Positions 26,601 to 36,711 of a stretch of 54,235 bases of DNA are shown here, in pieces. The notes under the pieces were generated by a model. It did not search any database, was not told the origin of the DNA, and was given only the letters and a program-made list of their open reading frames with translations. The position numbers and the translations under genes were made by a program. This DNA is from a virus (lineage: Duplodnaviria; Caudoviricetes): the IMG/VR virus record IMGVR_UViG_3300044647_001141, positions 1-54,235 of that record; one strand, written 5' to 3'. Each line of letters begins with the position of its first letter. Position 1 is the stretch's first letter.

Positions 26601-28126
26601 TTGCGACAAATAATGATGGTACAAACAATTCACATGGGTTAAGTTTTTACACAAAACCAAATGGGGCAACTGCATTAACGGAAAGGGCAAGGTTAAATTC
26701 TAACGGTACTTTTTCTATAGGCAACACAAACGCTACCTACAATATTGACGTATCAGGTACACTAAGAAATACAACATCTGCCTATTTCGCTACAAGCTCA
26801 GGTAATGTTTCCATAGGCACTACAGGTGCAAATGGAAAATTATTTGTTGTAGATGATGTCAATAGTGATGTTAACATAAATTTCCAAAATAATAACGCAG
26901 GCACATCTGCAAGAGTTAGGCTTGGTTTTGCAAGTGCGGCAGGTACTTGGTATTTAAGCCATGCGAGGACAGGCGGTAATTTTTCCATATTCAACGAAAC
27001 TTCCGAGTTTGTAACTATTGCTCGGACGACTGGTAATTTTGGCATTGGAACTACATCGCCCGCTGGTATCTTTCACGTTCAAACCGGGAACCAAGAAGTA
27101 GGCAGATTTGTGTCAACAAATGTAAGTGGGCCATATCTTGTCATGTCCTATGGTGCAACTCCAACTACCAACGCAATATGGGGTGCTTATCCTGCAACCA
27201 GTGGTGGCGGCGCCAATTTTGCCATCAGCGATTTCATGATAAGAGCGCAAGGGCATTTGATTATTTCTACAGGAGGCGCATCGGAGAAAATGGTGCTATT
27301 TCAAAATGGAAACCTTGCGGTCGGAACTGTTGCAGATAACGGGTATAAATTAGATGTTCAAGGAACATTAAGAGCAACAAGTACTATAACCGCTGGTGGT
27401 GATATATGGATTGCATCTGGTAAAAACATAACAACATCAAGCAGTACAGGAAGCTTCTTCATTTTCGGTGGCGGCACAAATGAAGGAGGTCGAATTAATT
27501 TATACGGCGGTTCATCTGCAACAAATCCGGGAACATTAACATTTCTTAGTGGATTAACGGGTGGTGCAGTTGAGAGGATGCGCTTGCAGGCAAGTGGTAA
27601 TTTTTCTATTGGGAATACCAATGATACCTATAAGCTAGATGTCAGCGGTACACTCCGCAACACCACATCGTCATACTTCGCCACAAGCTCAGGCTCGGTC
27701 GGCATCGGAAATACAAACCCACTTGAGCTGCTTCAGGTCGGTGCCTTCACCGGATCTAACACGGTACTCATAGGTGCGGATCCGGTCAGCGGATTCAGTT
27801 CGGTGTATTTCGGAGACGGAACAGGAACAGACAGATATTCCGGCTATCTCCAATACGAACATGCCAATGATGCGATGGTCATCGGAACCAACAAGACAGA
27901 GAAAGTGCGCGTGACCAGTGCCGGATACCTTGGCATCGGTATCACACCCACTGCACACTTGCATGTCAATGGTGGTTTCAGGACAGCTGCCCCAACAGGT
28001 GGCACAGCTGCCACATGGAAGTTCGGTGCAGTGGCAACGGTAACGCCGACATCGCAGAACAGAACCATTGAAGTAGAAATAGGTGGAACGACATATTACT
28101 TAACCGCTAAAACAACAAACGATTAA
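23690..28126 (+). CDS. Long tail fibre / receptor-binding protein 2
   Basis: Short collagen-like GPQGPVGQG, YMGTWNASTNTP module, repeated GNVxIGxT and YKLDxSGTLRNTTxAYFATSSG units. Confidence 0.8.
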   Translation: MPTITPVINNPNNPTLQINTNAGPQGPVGQGVPAAGLTGQALVKKTSTNYDTEWTYLIKSINGLEGMAHQLAVGSAGNDFSINSSGTTHTFNIPSASAVARGLLSASDWQAFNSKQVAGNYITALTGEAVAAGPGSAAVVLDNGAVISKVLTGLNIAAGTITSTDSILSAFGKLQGTVSTLVGGVKYMGTWNASTNTPAISSSTGTKGNYYVVSVNGSTAIDGISDWKMGDWIIFNGTSWEKVDNTDSVVSVNGYTGVVTLTTSDVAEGTRLYYTDARARAAITLTTTGTSGAATYSGGVLNIPQYQATLTNPVTGTGTTNYIAKFTGTSAVGNSLIQDNGTSLGFNAAPDATFRFNFVQTSAAAALRIKGGTANGQGASFFVTSAGSSQTLLAIGDRATAFGGTVDQAASIYTGPGIPLIFDMAGGERARITPNGNVSIGNTNDTYKLDISGTLRNTTDAYFATSSGGVGIGTTTSPGTKTLRFANLGAVRFETVLGSTSGYLASVGDYDMQLGNNNATLLFERVSGNWVFNSGGTGNVGIGNTSPLALLHVGNRNSTGSTDPLILASRTINSGSGNSRGFSDSTNYARSGGTSYASYDARIEMTGTNNFGHYAAFQAGATLNFTGTITDVFNYISAPTYTSGTITNSYGTYVQNPVKTGATLTNNYGHYIPSVFNAGTNNWVWYNASTARSYSAGDTISRKFYAGSNSVAVPDAQFHAEGTGDVMIRIQQTGWNFWDFKSVSSQTYLTIGDVSGTYATFFNLGNVAIGTTTNNGYKFDVQGTFRNTTDAYFATSSGNVGIGTTSTSYKLDVRGVIRSSDRITAVGEYRLNDATFMRVAKNDDGGAISGGYNLDVSAAGVVSHAATGSIAGYKYDSIGAIRFYTGSSQSAGTAATEKVTITSAGDIGIGTNSPTAPLHIIKTAGSVNSINIGLIVDFEATAAEQAGAGTAIEFRGKSAGGNTPNYSQAMIATNNDGTNNSHGLSFYTKPNGATALTERARLNSNGTFSIGNTNATYNIDVSGTLRNTTSAYFATSSGNVSIGTTGANGKLFVVDDVNSDVNINFQNNNAGTSARVRLGFASAAGTWYLSHARTGGNFSIFNETSEFVTIARTTGNFGIGTTSPAGIFHVQTGNQEVGRFVSTNVSGPYLVMSYGATPTTNAIWGAYPATSGGGANFAISDFMIRAQGHLIISTGGASEKMVLFQNGNLAVGTVADNGYKLDVQGTLRATSTITAGGDIWIASGKNITTSSSTGSFFIFGGGTNEGGRINLYGGSSATNPGTLTFLSGLTGGAVERMRLQASGNFSIGNTNDTYKLDVSGTLRNTTSSYFATSSGSVGIGNTNPLELLQVGAFTGSNTVLIGADPVSGFSSVYFGDGTGTDRYSGYLQYEHANDAMVIGTNKTEKVRVTSAGYLGIGITPTAHLHVNGGFRTAAPTGGTAATWKFGAVATVTPTSQNRTIEVEIGGTTYYLTAKTTND

Positions 28127-28127
28127 C

Positions 28128-28379
28128 ATGGAAATTCAAGGAATTCAACTCTGGAAAGACGGCGCCAAGAAGACCGCCACGGAATTCGTGATCAACACGG
28201 AGTTCGATGACATGTCAACCCGCGCCAAGTTCGCATACCGCCTGCTGACAAAAGAAGGAGAGCAGGTGGCAAACGGCTATCTGGATATCGACGGGGATGA
28301 CTACAAGAACTGGAATGGCAACAATGAAAATGCTTACGCGTGGGCAACAAAACAGTTAAATCTAAAACCAGCAATATGA
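28128..28379 (+). CDS. Fibre-associated small protein (putative chaperone)
   Basis: 83 aa, starts 1 nt after the fibre stop. Confidence 0.6.
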   Translation: MEIQGIQLWKDGAKKTATEFVINTEFDDMSTRAKFAYRLLTKEGEQVANGYLDIDGDDYKNWNGNNENAYAWATKQLNLKPAI

Positions 28380-28672
28380 ACTTTCAAAAACCGCTGATCG
28401 GACTCGATGGAGAAGTAGTAAAGGACGCAGAAGGCAACCAGATCATCCTCGGCAAGATACTTGCCGGGTATCTCGTGGGGGCAAACAAGGGTGATGCACT
28501 CAAGATGTTCTCCTGGGCGCAGAAACTCTACAACGGCAAACCCGTTGACTTCGACAAAAGCGACAAGGAGACCCTCAAGGAATTCGTGAAGTCCAACGAA
28601 CAGCTCTCGATTCTGACCAAGGCGCAACTGCTTGAGATCATCGTCGAGGAGCCTGAGAGCAAGAAGGCGTAA
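28376..28672 (+). CDS. Fibre-associated small protein (putative assembly chaperone)
   Basis: ATGA-coupled start MNFQKPLIGLDG; 98 aa, helical. Confidence 0.6.
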   Translation: MNFQKPLIGLDGEVVKDAEGNQIILGKILAGYLVGANKGDALKMFSWAQKLYNGKPVDFDKSDKETLKEFVKSNEQLSILTKAQLLEIIVEEPESKKA

Positions 28673-28694
28673 GGCGACAGGTATGGTTGGTAAA

Positions 28695-28728
28695 TACGCC
28701 CTAAAAGCGTATATTATTTGTATATTTG
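28695..28728 (+). promoter_or_regulatory. Operator TACGC-N7-GCGTA plus TATATTTG promoter element
   Basis: TACGCCCTAAAAGCGTA at 28695-28711; TATATTTG at 28721-28728. Confidence 0.65.
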
Positions 28729-28746
28729 TAATGCAAATGACCATCC

Positions 28747-29406
28747 ATGACCATTAAACAGGTGAAGAACATTGTTGATTTCATTGCCAACAAGTACCAG
28801 CTTGGATACTTGAGCGGTGATGAATTCAACAATGTTTTCCGTTTAAGCGAGTTATCATACCTCTCATTCCTCATCGGCAACCTGCATCAGTATTCTCCCG
28901 GCAGGCCCGTACCCCGCGTCGGACTTGACATGACCAAGGCGAGCGTGGAGAAACTGTCCCCGTTCCGCTTTACCATCACGGTGAACAGCGGAGCAAGCGG
29001 CGAGGTGTACAAGCAGACCGACATGGCCGCCCTGGAAGCCATGAACAAGGCCGACGGCACAAGAGTGTACATGGTGGCACCGAACCGCCTGTCGTACTAC
29101 CTCAACTCATCGGTATGGGATCTTACGACCCAGCCGATATATGCCGAATACGACACCTACTACCAGGTATATCCCTCCGGCATCGATATCGTCATAACCG
29201 GCATCAAGTTCCCGCCCATGAGCAAGTGGGCCTATACCTATGCAGGGGATACCCAGGTATATGACAACATGAATTCGAGCGACCCTATCTGGAAGGATAT
29301 GGACACCGTGGAGATCATTGGTCGGATGTGCAAGCATATCGGCGTGAGCCTGAAGGATGGTGAACTGATGAACTATGCGCAATCAATCATAAACCAAGGC
29401 GAATGA
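28747..29406 (+). CDS. Tail ring/tubular (adaptor) protein
   Basis: 219 aa with ANKYQLGYLSGDEFN N-terminus; first gene of the tail operon. Confidence 0.65.
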   Translation: MTIKQVKNIVDFIANKYQLGYLSGDEFNNVFRLSELSYLSFLIGNLHQYSPGRPVPRVGLDMTKASVEKLSPFRFTITVNSGASGEVYKQTDMAALEAMNKADGTRVYMVAPNRLSYYLNSSVWDLTTQPIYAEYDTYYQVYPSGIDIVITGIKFPPMSKWAYTYAGDTQVYDNMNSSDPIWKDMDTVEIIGRMCKHIGVSLKDGELMNYAQSIINQGE

Positions 29407-30035
29407 CACGGAAGGAACTTTGTGAATTGGTGCAGTTCCGGCTTGCCGGAGGAGTCCCAACGGATGACTTCCCCATCACGCTCAGTGAGATCAACCTGTG
29501 GCTCGACCACGGTATCGCCGCTGCCGCCATGAAGAACTACGCCGACGGCGTGAACCTTGACGGCATTGAGTTCATCGGAGACGCATACTATACCACCTTC
29601 AAGAACCTCGCACTCTCGGCTGATGCTGTCAGCGGCTACTACAAGGCGACACTGCCGGCGATGCCCGTATCGGTTCCGAGAGGTTATGACATATCGAGCG
29701 TGTACCTGCAAGGTGCTTCGTCCTATTCCTCGACACCGATGGTGCGCACCAACCCGCAGCACATGGACTACCACTTCGACCTGCCGGCGCCCAAGAATGC
29801 CGTGTTCTGGTGGGTGGAGGGCAATACGCTCTATGTCAGACCGGGAGCCACCAATGTAGCCGGGGTATCGGTAGCGGTGAGGATGATAGGTTCGGCGGGC
29901 AGCAGGTCACTGGCAGATCAGCTGCTTGTGCCTAACGATGCCGTTCCGCAGGTCGTTGAGTATGTCCTGCGTCATTTCCTTCAGACCGACCAGCTGCCGA
30001 AGGATACCATGAATGACGGCGTAAATGTGAAGTGA
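29403..30035 (+). CDS. Tail ring protein
   Basis: 210 aa, coupled; helix-beta-helix layout like podovirus ring proteins. Confidence 0.6.
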   Translation: MTRKELCELVQFRLAGGVPTDDFPITLSEINLWLDHGIAAAAMKNYADGVNLDGIEFIGDAYYTTFKNLALSADAVSGYYKATLPAMPVSVPRGYDISSVYLQGASSYSSTPMVRTNPQHMDYHFDLPAPKNAVFWWVEGNTLYVRPGATNVAGVSVAVRMIGSAGSRSLADQLLVPNDAVPQVVEYVLRHFLQTDQLPKDTMNDGVNVK

Positions 30036-30418
30036 TGAGTACGGAGAGGGTTTTGCAAAACCAGTTATGCAAGTACCTGGCCATGAGATACCCCGGCGTG
30101 GAATACAGAACCGACAAGGACGGGCAGTTCGCCAAGGGCGGTGCGCTGTGGGACAAGGCAAGGCAAATGGGCAAGAAAGGATTTCCGGATATGATCATTG
30201 CCAAGCGCAGCGACAAGTACGGCGGTCTCGTACTGGAACTTAAAAAGGAAGGCGTAAAGGTATTCAAGAAGGACGGCACCCTAAAGAGTGACGATCACCT
30301 AAAGGATCAGGCTTGGTGGTTGGAGTGGTTCAAAAGCCTTGGATGCTATACGGCATTCGCCGTCGGGTTTGAGGAGGCGAGAAACATCATCGACAACTAC
30401 ATGACCGATAAATTATGA
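30032..30418 (+). CDS. VRR-NUC family nuclease (resolvase-like)
   Basis: E..LQ, GKKGFPDMII, GLVLELKK, Q..W..LGCYTAFAVGFEEA motifs. Confidence 0.8.
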   Translation: MMSTERVLQNQLCKYLAMRYPGVEYRTDKDGQFAKGGALWDKARQMGKKGFPDMIIAKRSDKYGGLVLELKKEGVKVFKKDGTLKSDDHLKDQAWWLEWFKSLGCYTAFAVGFEEARNIIDNYMTDKL

Positions 30419-31182
30419 AGACCACGGCAAAATATGTCCCGCTTGAGAAAGTCGTAAAGATGTTCATGTCGGAGGCAAACCTCACCGGAGCGCATTATCA
30501 GCGGCTCTATACCCTCGGACACCGTGGACTCACCGACATCGGCCTCGACATCACCCAGGAAACCAAGACGGCAAAAATCAATGTGGCGGCCAACAAGACA
30601 GCGGCACTGCCGGCGGACTACATCCAATGGATAAAGATCGGCGTACTCAATGACAAAGGCGAGGTTGCAACCCTCAGGCGCAATGACGCCCTTACGCAGT
30701 ACGGCATGCTTGATGCCGACAGGCTCAGTAAAAACTTTGGCGAAGGGGTGAGATCGGAGACGCCCTACTTCAATGACGCCTATCAGAACTACAACTATTC
30801 CGGATCATTCTTCAACCTCATGGGCGTCCGTGACAACATGGACTACTACGGGGAGTTCCGTGTGGATGATGCCAACGAGATCATTCTGCTTGACAACGAG
30901 TACAACTACAACCATGTCATCCTCGAATACATGTGCCTGCCGACAGCCGATGCCGACCTGGTCATCCCGGTACAGGCGCAGGAGGCGCTTATCGCATTTT
31001 TGAGGTGGATGGACATTCAGTCAATGCCGGCAAGCCGTCGGTCAAACCTTGGCGAGAAGCAACTCCGCCGCAAGGAGTACTACAATCAGCGCAGGCTGGC
31101 AAGGTCGAGGATGAACCCGATAAGGCTGTGGGATGCCAACGAAACCATAAGGCTCAATAACAATATCGCACTGAAAGCATAA
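30415..31182 (+). CDS. Tail ring protein
   Basis: 255 aa with LPADYIQWIKI, VILEY and AQEALIAF; precedes the muzzle gene. Confidence 0.65.
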   Translation: MKTTAKYVPLEKVVKMFMSEANLTGAHYQRLYTLGHRGLTDIGLDITQETKTAKINVAANKTAALPADYIQWIKIGVLNDKGEVATLRRNDALTQYGMLDADRLSKNFGEGVRSETPYFNDAYQNYNYSGSFFNLMGVRDNMDYYGEFRVDDANEIILLDNEYNYNHVILEYMCLPTADADLVIPVQAQEALIAFLRWMDIQSMPASRRSNLGEKQLRRKEYYNQRRLARSRMNPIRLWDANETIRLNNNIALKA

Positions 31183-31183
31183 C

Positions 31184-34100
31184 ATGGCAATACGTAGAAT
31201 GCTCACCGGCAAAATGGATCTCGAGACGTCGCCCTACATGGTGGCGCAGGGAGACTATACGTATGCCAAGAACATTTCATCGACCGTAACGGACGGCACC
31301 ATCAAGCCTGTCCAGGGCAACCGCATAGTGAACTATGTCCTTCCGTCCGGGACCAACAAGGTCATAGGCTTCAAGGAGGATGTGACACGGGAGCGGGCAT
31401 TCTATTTCGTGCATAACTCAACGGGCAAGCATTCCATTCTGATCTTCAACAAGGTCAGCCGGAGCGTTCAGAAGCTCATAGAGAACCTGACAGATAGCGG
31501 CGGAGTCGATATCCTGAAGTTCAGTGCGGACAAGAAGATCCTGCATGTCGACATCCTCTACCGGGAGACCGCAGAGGGCGACATCCTCTCATGGACCTGC
31601 AACAACGCCTCTCCCAGGGAGGTCATCATCAACAAGCTGCTCAACAACGAATACGGCGTGGTCCTTGAGGAGTACCTTGAGGCGGCAAAGCGGCCGCCCC
31701 TCGGATGCCCGTCATGTACCTACATCAATGACCCCTTGCGAACGGTCAACTCCCTGCGCAAGAAACTTTTCCAGTTCAAGTACCGCTGGGTGTATGATGA
31801 CTTTTCAAAGTCGACATGGGGTCCAATCTCAAAAATCCCGATGCCGACGGGCCTGTTCACTTCCGCCGATCTTGACAACGACCCGACGAAGAACAACGCC
31901 ATCGACATCACCTTGAGTACCGGCAACAAAAAGGTCAAGCGCATAGAGGTTGCGGCACGCATTTCACTGGGCAGCTCATGGTCGGATTTCTTTCTGATCG
32001 ATTCCATTGAGAAGGCTGCGATAGCACTTGGCGACAACCTTGAATACGTATACCGGTTCTACAATGATGCCGTCTATCCGTATGCCGATGTCACGGAGAG
32101 CAACCTGCTGCATGACTGGGTGCCGAGATACGCCCAGGCACAATGCCTTGCCAACGGCAACGTGAAGGTATACGGCAACATCACCGAAGGATACGACAGG
32201 GTAGCGGGCCTCAATATATCAGTGACCTCTTCCACAGTCACCAACAGCAGCTCCTCTGCGGAGCCTCCGTCGGCAAGGTGGGTGGGCAGTAATTTCACCA
32301 CGGGATATGTTGAGATCCTTGGTACTCCGATCCCTGGAACAAGGTATCAGGTCTTGTGGCGAGCCTCAAACCTTGTCGGCCCTACTACGTTCATGGATTA
32401 CAGGGCAGTGGCCGGCGATACCAACAACAGCGTCGCAACGGCTCTCGCAGCATCCGCCATTGTTGCCATGCGGGCAACGGCATCGGCCAACAGGGTGAAC
32501 CTGAGTTTCATCAACCAGGAGGTGTTCTTCCAGGTATATGTTTACCCCGGCACCATTGCATCGTCATACAGCTATGAGTCGACATGGAACTGGTGGAGCA
32601 GGTATCTCATAGGCGTGGTGTACTTCGATGAGCAGGGTAGGACCAATGGGGCGCATATCGACAGGACATCAACCAGGACAAATTCCGATGTGATAACATC
32701 CGGATACGCCATCTCCTCCAATGTCGGACTGACGCCGATACTCAATGTGAGCATCAACCACGCAGCACCATCATGGGCCAGGAAGTATCAGCTTGTCAGA
32801 AGCCGGAACATGGCGATAGGAGACTTCCTTTTCTGGAGGTCAAATCTTGTCATCACCGATTCGCAGTACTACTATTTCAGCGTCCAGACACTTTACGATA
32901 AGCGGGATGCGCAGTCATCCTATGTGCCGAACTGGGACTTTGCAGAAGGAGACAGGGTGCGCATTGCCATCGCCAATGTCGGCGGCACTCAGACATACCC
33001 CGGCACCGACTACCTTGTAGTGGGTGTTGAGGAACTGGATCTTGCCGCCAACCCCGGAAAGAAAAAGTACGTCAAGGTCAAGAAGCCATCAACCTCTGCG
33101 CCGACATACACGGGTGATACGCTCCTGCAGCTGTGGCGGCCTGCCGTCACCGGTGGCCAGGTGGAGAACGAGGTGTTCTACGAGTTCGGTGAAGTCTACG
33201 ACCTTTATGAGTCCGGTGGTGTCAGATACCACAAGGGAACATCTCAGGATCAGACGGCGGCCCAACCGGCCAACATCACGCTCTACAACGGAGATGTGTA
33301 TTACAGGTCGAGGACATTCAGTTCCAATGACGCCCTGTGGGTCATGGACAACCATTATTCAGACGACTTCACCTCCCGCGTCAACGCCAACGGACGGGGA
33401 CAGGCGATAGACTTCAATGCACGGGAGACGGTATATCAGACCCTTGTTAGGTTTGGCGGAACGTATCAGAGCGGCACATCGATTAATGACATCAACCGGT
33501 TCTACTTCGATGACCTCGATGAGTACGACCGGCAGTTCGGCAGCATCCAGCGACTGAGGATCAACGACCGCTACATGCGTGTCTTCCAGGAACTGAAATG
33601 CGGAAGGGTTCCGGTGTATCAGCAGGTCATCAAAGACTCCGTGGGCGGCGATGTCATGGCGCAGAGCAACAAGCTTCTCAACAACATCCAGTACTATGCC
33701 GGCGAGTTCGGCATCGGCAAACATCCGGAGTCGCTGGCCTCCAACAATTTTGCGGACTATTTCGTGGATACGAACAGGGGAGCGGTGGTACGCCTGTCGC
33801 TTGACGGCCTTTCACCTATATCCGTTCTGCACAGTGCAAACAATTACTTCGTAACCGAACTCTCAGCAAGGCGAGAGACGAACTTCATCTACGGCGTGTT
33901 CGATGCGGCGGAGAACCGATACATCCTATCAATGGAAGCCGTGGGCGACCGCAGGGCCGTCACGATAGCCTTCAACGAGCAGAACAAGGGATTCGAGTCC
34001 TTCTATGATTATTTACCCGAATTCATGGGCAACCTTGGAACGCTCATGCTCACCTTCAAGCTGGGTGCGCTGTGGACGCATGACAGTCCGACCTACTGCA

Positions 34101-34456
34101 ATTTCTTTGGTGTGCAGTATAAACCCCTTGTCAGGGTTGCCTTCAACGATGCGCCGATGGTCAAAAAGACCTTTCAGGCGGTATCGCTCATTTCAGGTGC
34201 CAAGTGGTACATACCGGCTATTACCACAAGCATCGGCAAGGCAAGCCGTGTTCCGGCGTCGTACTTCATCAAGCGCGAGGATGGCTATCATGCACCGCTG
34301 TTAAGAGACCAGGGGAGCAATGGCGGACTACTGAGCGGGTCGACACTCAAGGGGAACTATATCCTCGTGGACTTCGAGAAAGAGAACGGCAGCACCGGTG
34401 AGGAGTTGCAGTATGTCGAGATCAAATATTCAGTTTCAAACTTAAACGCACGATAA
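31184..34456 (+). CDS. Tail stabilization/muzzle protein (P22 gp10-like)
   Basis: 1090 aa beta-rich; GKMDLE..GDYTYAKN start, FQFKYRWVYDD, YYAGEFGIGKHPES, YFVDTNRGAVVRLSLDGLSPIS. Confidence 0.8.
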   Translation: MAIRRMLTGKMDLETSPYMVAQGDYTYAKNISSTVTDGTIKPVQGNRIVNYVLPSGTNKVIGFKEDVTRERAFYFVHNSTGKHSILIFNKVSRSVQKLIENLTDSGGVDILKFSADKKILHVDILYRETAEGDILSWTCNNASPREVIINKLLNNEYGVVLEEYLEAAKRPPLGCPSCTYINDPLRTVNSLRKKLFQFKYRWVYDDFSKSTWGPISKIPMPTGLFTSADLDNDPTKNNAIDITLSTGNKKVKRIEVAARISLGSSWSDFFLIDSIEKAAIALGDNLEYVYRFYNDAVYPYADVTESNLLHDWVPRYAQAQCLANGNVKVYGNITEGYDRVAGLNISVTSSTVTNSSSSAEPPSARWVGSNFTTGYVEILGTPIPGTRYQVLWRASNLVGPTTFMDYRAVAGDTNNSVATALAASAIVAMRATASANRVNLSFINQEVFFQVYVYPGTIASSYSYESTWNWWSRYLIGVVYFDEQGRTNGAHIDRTSTRTNSDVITSGYAISSNVGLTPILNVSINHAAPSWARKYQLVRSRNMAIGDFLFWRSNLVITDSQYYYFSVQTLYDKRDAQSSYVPNWDFAEGDRVRIAIANVGGTQTYPGTDYLVVGVEELDLAANPGKKKYVKVKKPSTSAPTYTGDTLLQLWRPAVTGGQVENEVFYEFGEVYDLYESGGVRYHKGTSQDQTAAQPANITLYNGDVYYRSRTFSSNDALWVMDNHYSDDFTSRVNANGRGQAIDFNARETVYQTLVRFGGTYQSGTSINDINRFYFDDLDEYDRQFGSIQRLRINDRYMRVFQELKCGRVPVYQQVIKDSVGGDVMAQSNKLLNNIQYYAGEFGIGKHPESLASNNFADYFVDTNRGAVVRLSLDGLSPISVLHSANNYFVTELSARRETNFIYGVFDAAENRYILSMEAVGDRRAVTIAFNEQNKGFESFYDYLPEFMGNLGTLMLTFKLGALWTHDSPTYCNFFGVQYKPLVRVAFNDAPMVKKTFQAVSLISGAKWYIPAITTSIGKASRVPASYFIKREDGYHAPLLRDQGSNGGLLSGSTLKGNYILVDFEKENGSTGEELQYVEIKYSVSNLNAR

Positions 34457-35076
34457 TGGATCCAATTACAATGGCGATGATGGGAGCAAAGATGGTCGGT
34501 GGCATCATCCAGACGGTCAAGGGCAACCAGATCCTGAAGAACACCAAGATGCCGGACTACATGATACCGACACAGCTCAACGAGAACCTTCAGCTTGCCA
34601 AGGACCTCAAGAACATGGGCGGCATGCCATCCGCCTCCATGAATGCTTCCACGCAGAGTTACTTCCGCAATGCCAATTTCGGCATGGGTCAGTTGCAGGG
34701 TCGCAGGGCGGCTGTTGCCGGTGTGGCAAGTATCCTGCAAAGGCTCAATGACGCCTCCACCAATCTCGCAATGCAGGACGCCAACATGGCGATGGGCAAC
34801 AGAAGGGCCGGCATATCGATGCAGTCGCAGGCCAATAACGCAATGGCGCAGCAGCAGCTCGCCAAGCAGCAGTGGGAGAAGTTCAATCCCTACCTGCGTA
34901 AGATGTCAGAAGGCCAGGCGCTTGTGGGTGCGGGCATGCAGAACATGTTCGGTGCAGTAACGGGTGCAGCACAGGCGAACATGTACGAAAACATGTATGG
35001 GGATTCCAGCGCACCGGGCAATCAATCATTCAGAAGCATTTTACGGCAAAACAACAGAGCCGTAAAAGGACTATAA
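34456..35076 (+). CDS. Small internal virion/ejection protein
   Basis: 206 aa, G/A/Q/M-rich, MDPITMAMMGA start; position after the muzzle gene. Confidence 0.65.
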   Translation: MDPITMAMMGAKMVGGIIQTVKGNQILKNTKMPDYMIPTQLNENLQLAKDLKNMGGMPSASMNASTQSYFRNANFGMGQLQGRRAAVAGVASILQRLNDASTNLAMQDANMAMGNRRAGISMQSQANNAMAQQQLAKQQWEKFNPYLRKMSEGQALVGAGMQNMFGAVTGAAQANMYENMYGDSSAPGNQSFRSILRQNNRAVKGL

Positions 35077-35090
35077 ACGATCTCAAAATC

Positions 35091-36707
35091 ATGGCAAATC
35101 CATCAACAACGGGTATTGGTCAGGGCGCAGCGCAGATATTCGACACAAGGGATGTGCTAAACACATTCGCGCGGGTATCGATGTACAAGCAGCAGCAAAG
35201 GCAGTTGGAGGAACAGGCGCTTGCCAAGATGATGACGCAGTTCGATCCCAAGAAATTACGGGCGGCAGATCAGTCAGAGTTTCTTGAAAAGTACAACAGG
35301 CTGCAAAACCTTTACGTACAGAACAGAGGGTTGTATCGCCAGCCGTTGAAGTTTCCACAAGCATACCGCGAGGCGCAGCAATTACAGAACGAGTTGATGA
35401 CGATGACGGCTGAAAGCAAGAGTACTGAGACTTTCCTTTCTGATTTCAGCAAGGAGGCGATGCGAGATCGAAACAAGTTCAGTCCTGAGTCTATTTCCGC
35501 AGTACAGCAATGGACAAGTATGCCTACATCCCAAATAAAAAAGAACCTGGAGGAAATGGGGAAAGGGAACAGGCTGCCGACATTCGCCGATCTTGAATTC
35601 ACGCCAAAGCCGCTTGATGATGAAAAAATGAAAAAACTTGTGACCGCTGCGGCCATGAGTCAAAATGCCATTTCAAAGAAGCCGGAATATCTGTATCCAT
35701 CAAAGGATAACAATATACCTCGGTTCGAGAAGCGTGAGATATACACGGAAAAGATTGATCCGAACGCAATGCCAGGTATTGCGCAGACGCTGATTGCTGC
35801 CAATCCCGATCTAAATCAGCACTATGATTATATGAACCGCCATATGACTCAGGATCAGCGTATGAGTCTTCAAAAACTAATGGACGAAAATTTCAATGGC
35901 GTTAAAATTGATCTCAACACACCCTCAGGAATAGCAACGGCTGACCTTTTGAGCAGATATCATATTCTAAATACTAAGATAGAAGACAAGCCGGATACGG
36001 ATGCAATAAAACGCCATGAAGACGCAATGAAGCGTGAAGGATGGAAAAGACAAGAAATAAGGGATGCCAAAAAAAGCGCAGCTGCTGACCGAAGGGCGAT
36101 GATGTCGGTAGGCTCTCCGGCACAGGACATGAACTACACACACGCCCAGCAATTTGTCGGGGTGGCAGCAAAACCAGGCATGTCTAAAACCACTTTCCAG
36201 GCATTCGAGCCGTTCCGAAAAATTCCCGGATATGACAGGACGCTGATCCATGACCCAAGCATAGTAAAGGATTATGCCACATTCCGAAATGGCGTCATGC
36301 TTGCCACTCAGGCAAACGCAAAGGCTGGTCAAACAAATGTTGACGGAAGCGCATTCAACATAAACGAGGAGGACATCAAATCGGCATGGAATACGAAGAC
36401 GCCTATCTATACCGTATCAATCAAGTACACTCCGCAGGCCTCCTCAGAAAATCCTAATCCTAAATCTCAAACATCCCTGTACAACATCTTGCCAACAAAA
36501 TCCGGAACACCTGAGGCGGTTGCAACCATGTGGAGTTTTTACGGCGTTGGCAGCAAGGAGACGGGTGCAGGAATAGGCAACCCAATCTACACGCAGGTAA
36601 TCAACAAAAAGAAGTACAGCCAGCCATCCGGTAAAGTGGCTGTCGAAAATACCAGCAATGCTGAAATGACCGACTACGAAGCAATGAGTTCCAAAAAGAA
36701 AAATTAA
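35091..36707 (+). CDS. Internal virion/ejection protein
   Basis: 538 aa with a helical N-half, between the small and giant cargo genes. Confidence 0.6.
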   Translation: MANPSTTGIGQGAAQIFDTRDVLNTFARVSMYKQQQRQLEEQALAKMMTQFDPKKLRAADQSEFLEKYNRLQNLYVQNRGLYRQPLKFPQAYREAQQLQNELMTMTAESKSTETFLSDFSKEAMRDRNKFSPESISAVQQWTSMPTSQIKKNLEEMGKGNRLPTFADLEFTPKPLDDEKMKKLVTAAAMSQNAISKKPEYLYPSKDNNIPRFEKREIYTEKIDPNAMPGIAQTLIAANPDLNQHYDYMNRHMTQDQRMSLQKLMDENFNGVKIDLNTPSGIATADLLSRYHILNTKIEDKPDTDAIKRHEDAMKREGWKRQEIRDAKKSAAADRRAMMSVGSPAQDMNYTHAQQFVGVAAKPGMSKTTFQAFEPFRKIPGYDRTLIHDPSIVKDYATFRNGVMLATQANAKAGQTNVDGSAFNINEEDIKSAWNTKTPIYTVSIKYTPQASSENPNPKSQTSLYNILPTKSGTPEAVATMWSFYGVGSKETGAGIGNPIYTQVINKKKYSQPSGKVAVENTSNAEMTDYEAMSSKKKN

Positions 36708-36711
36708 TCCA

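Noticed and set aside
19937-28126. Diversity-generating retroelement or invertible shufflon acting on the fibres
   Set aside because: No reverse transcriptase, adenine-specific TR/VR pair or adjacent invertase seen in the window.
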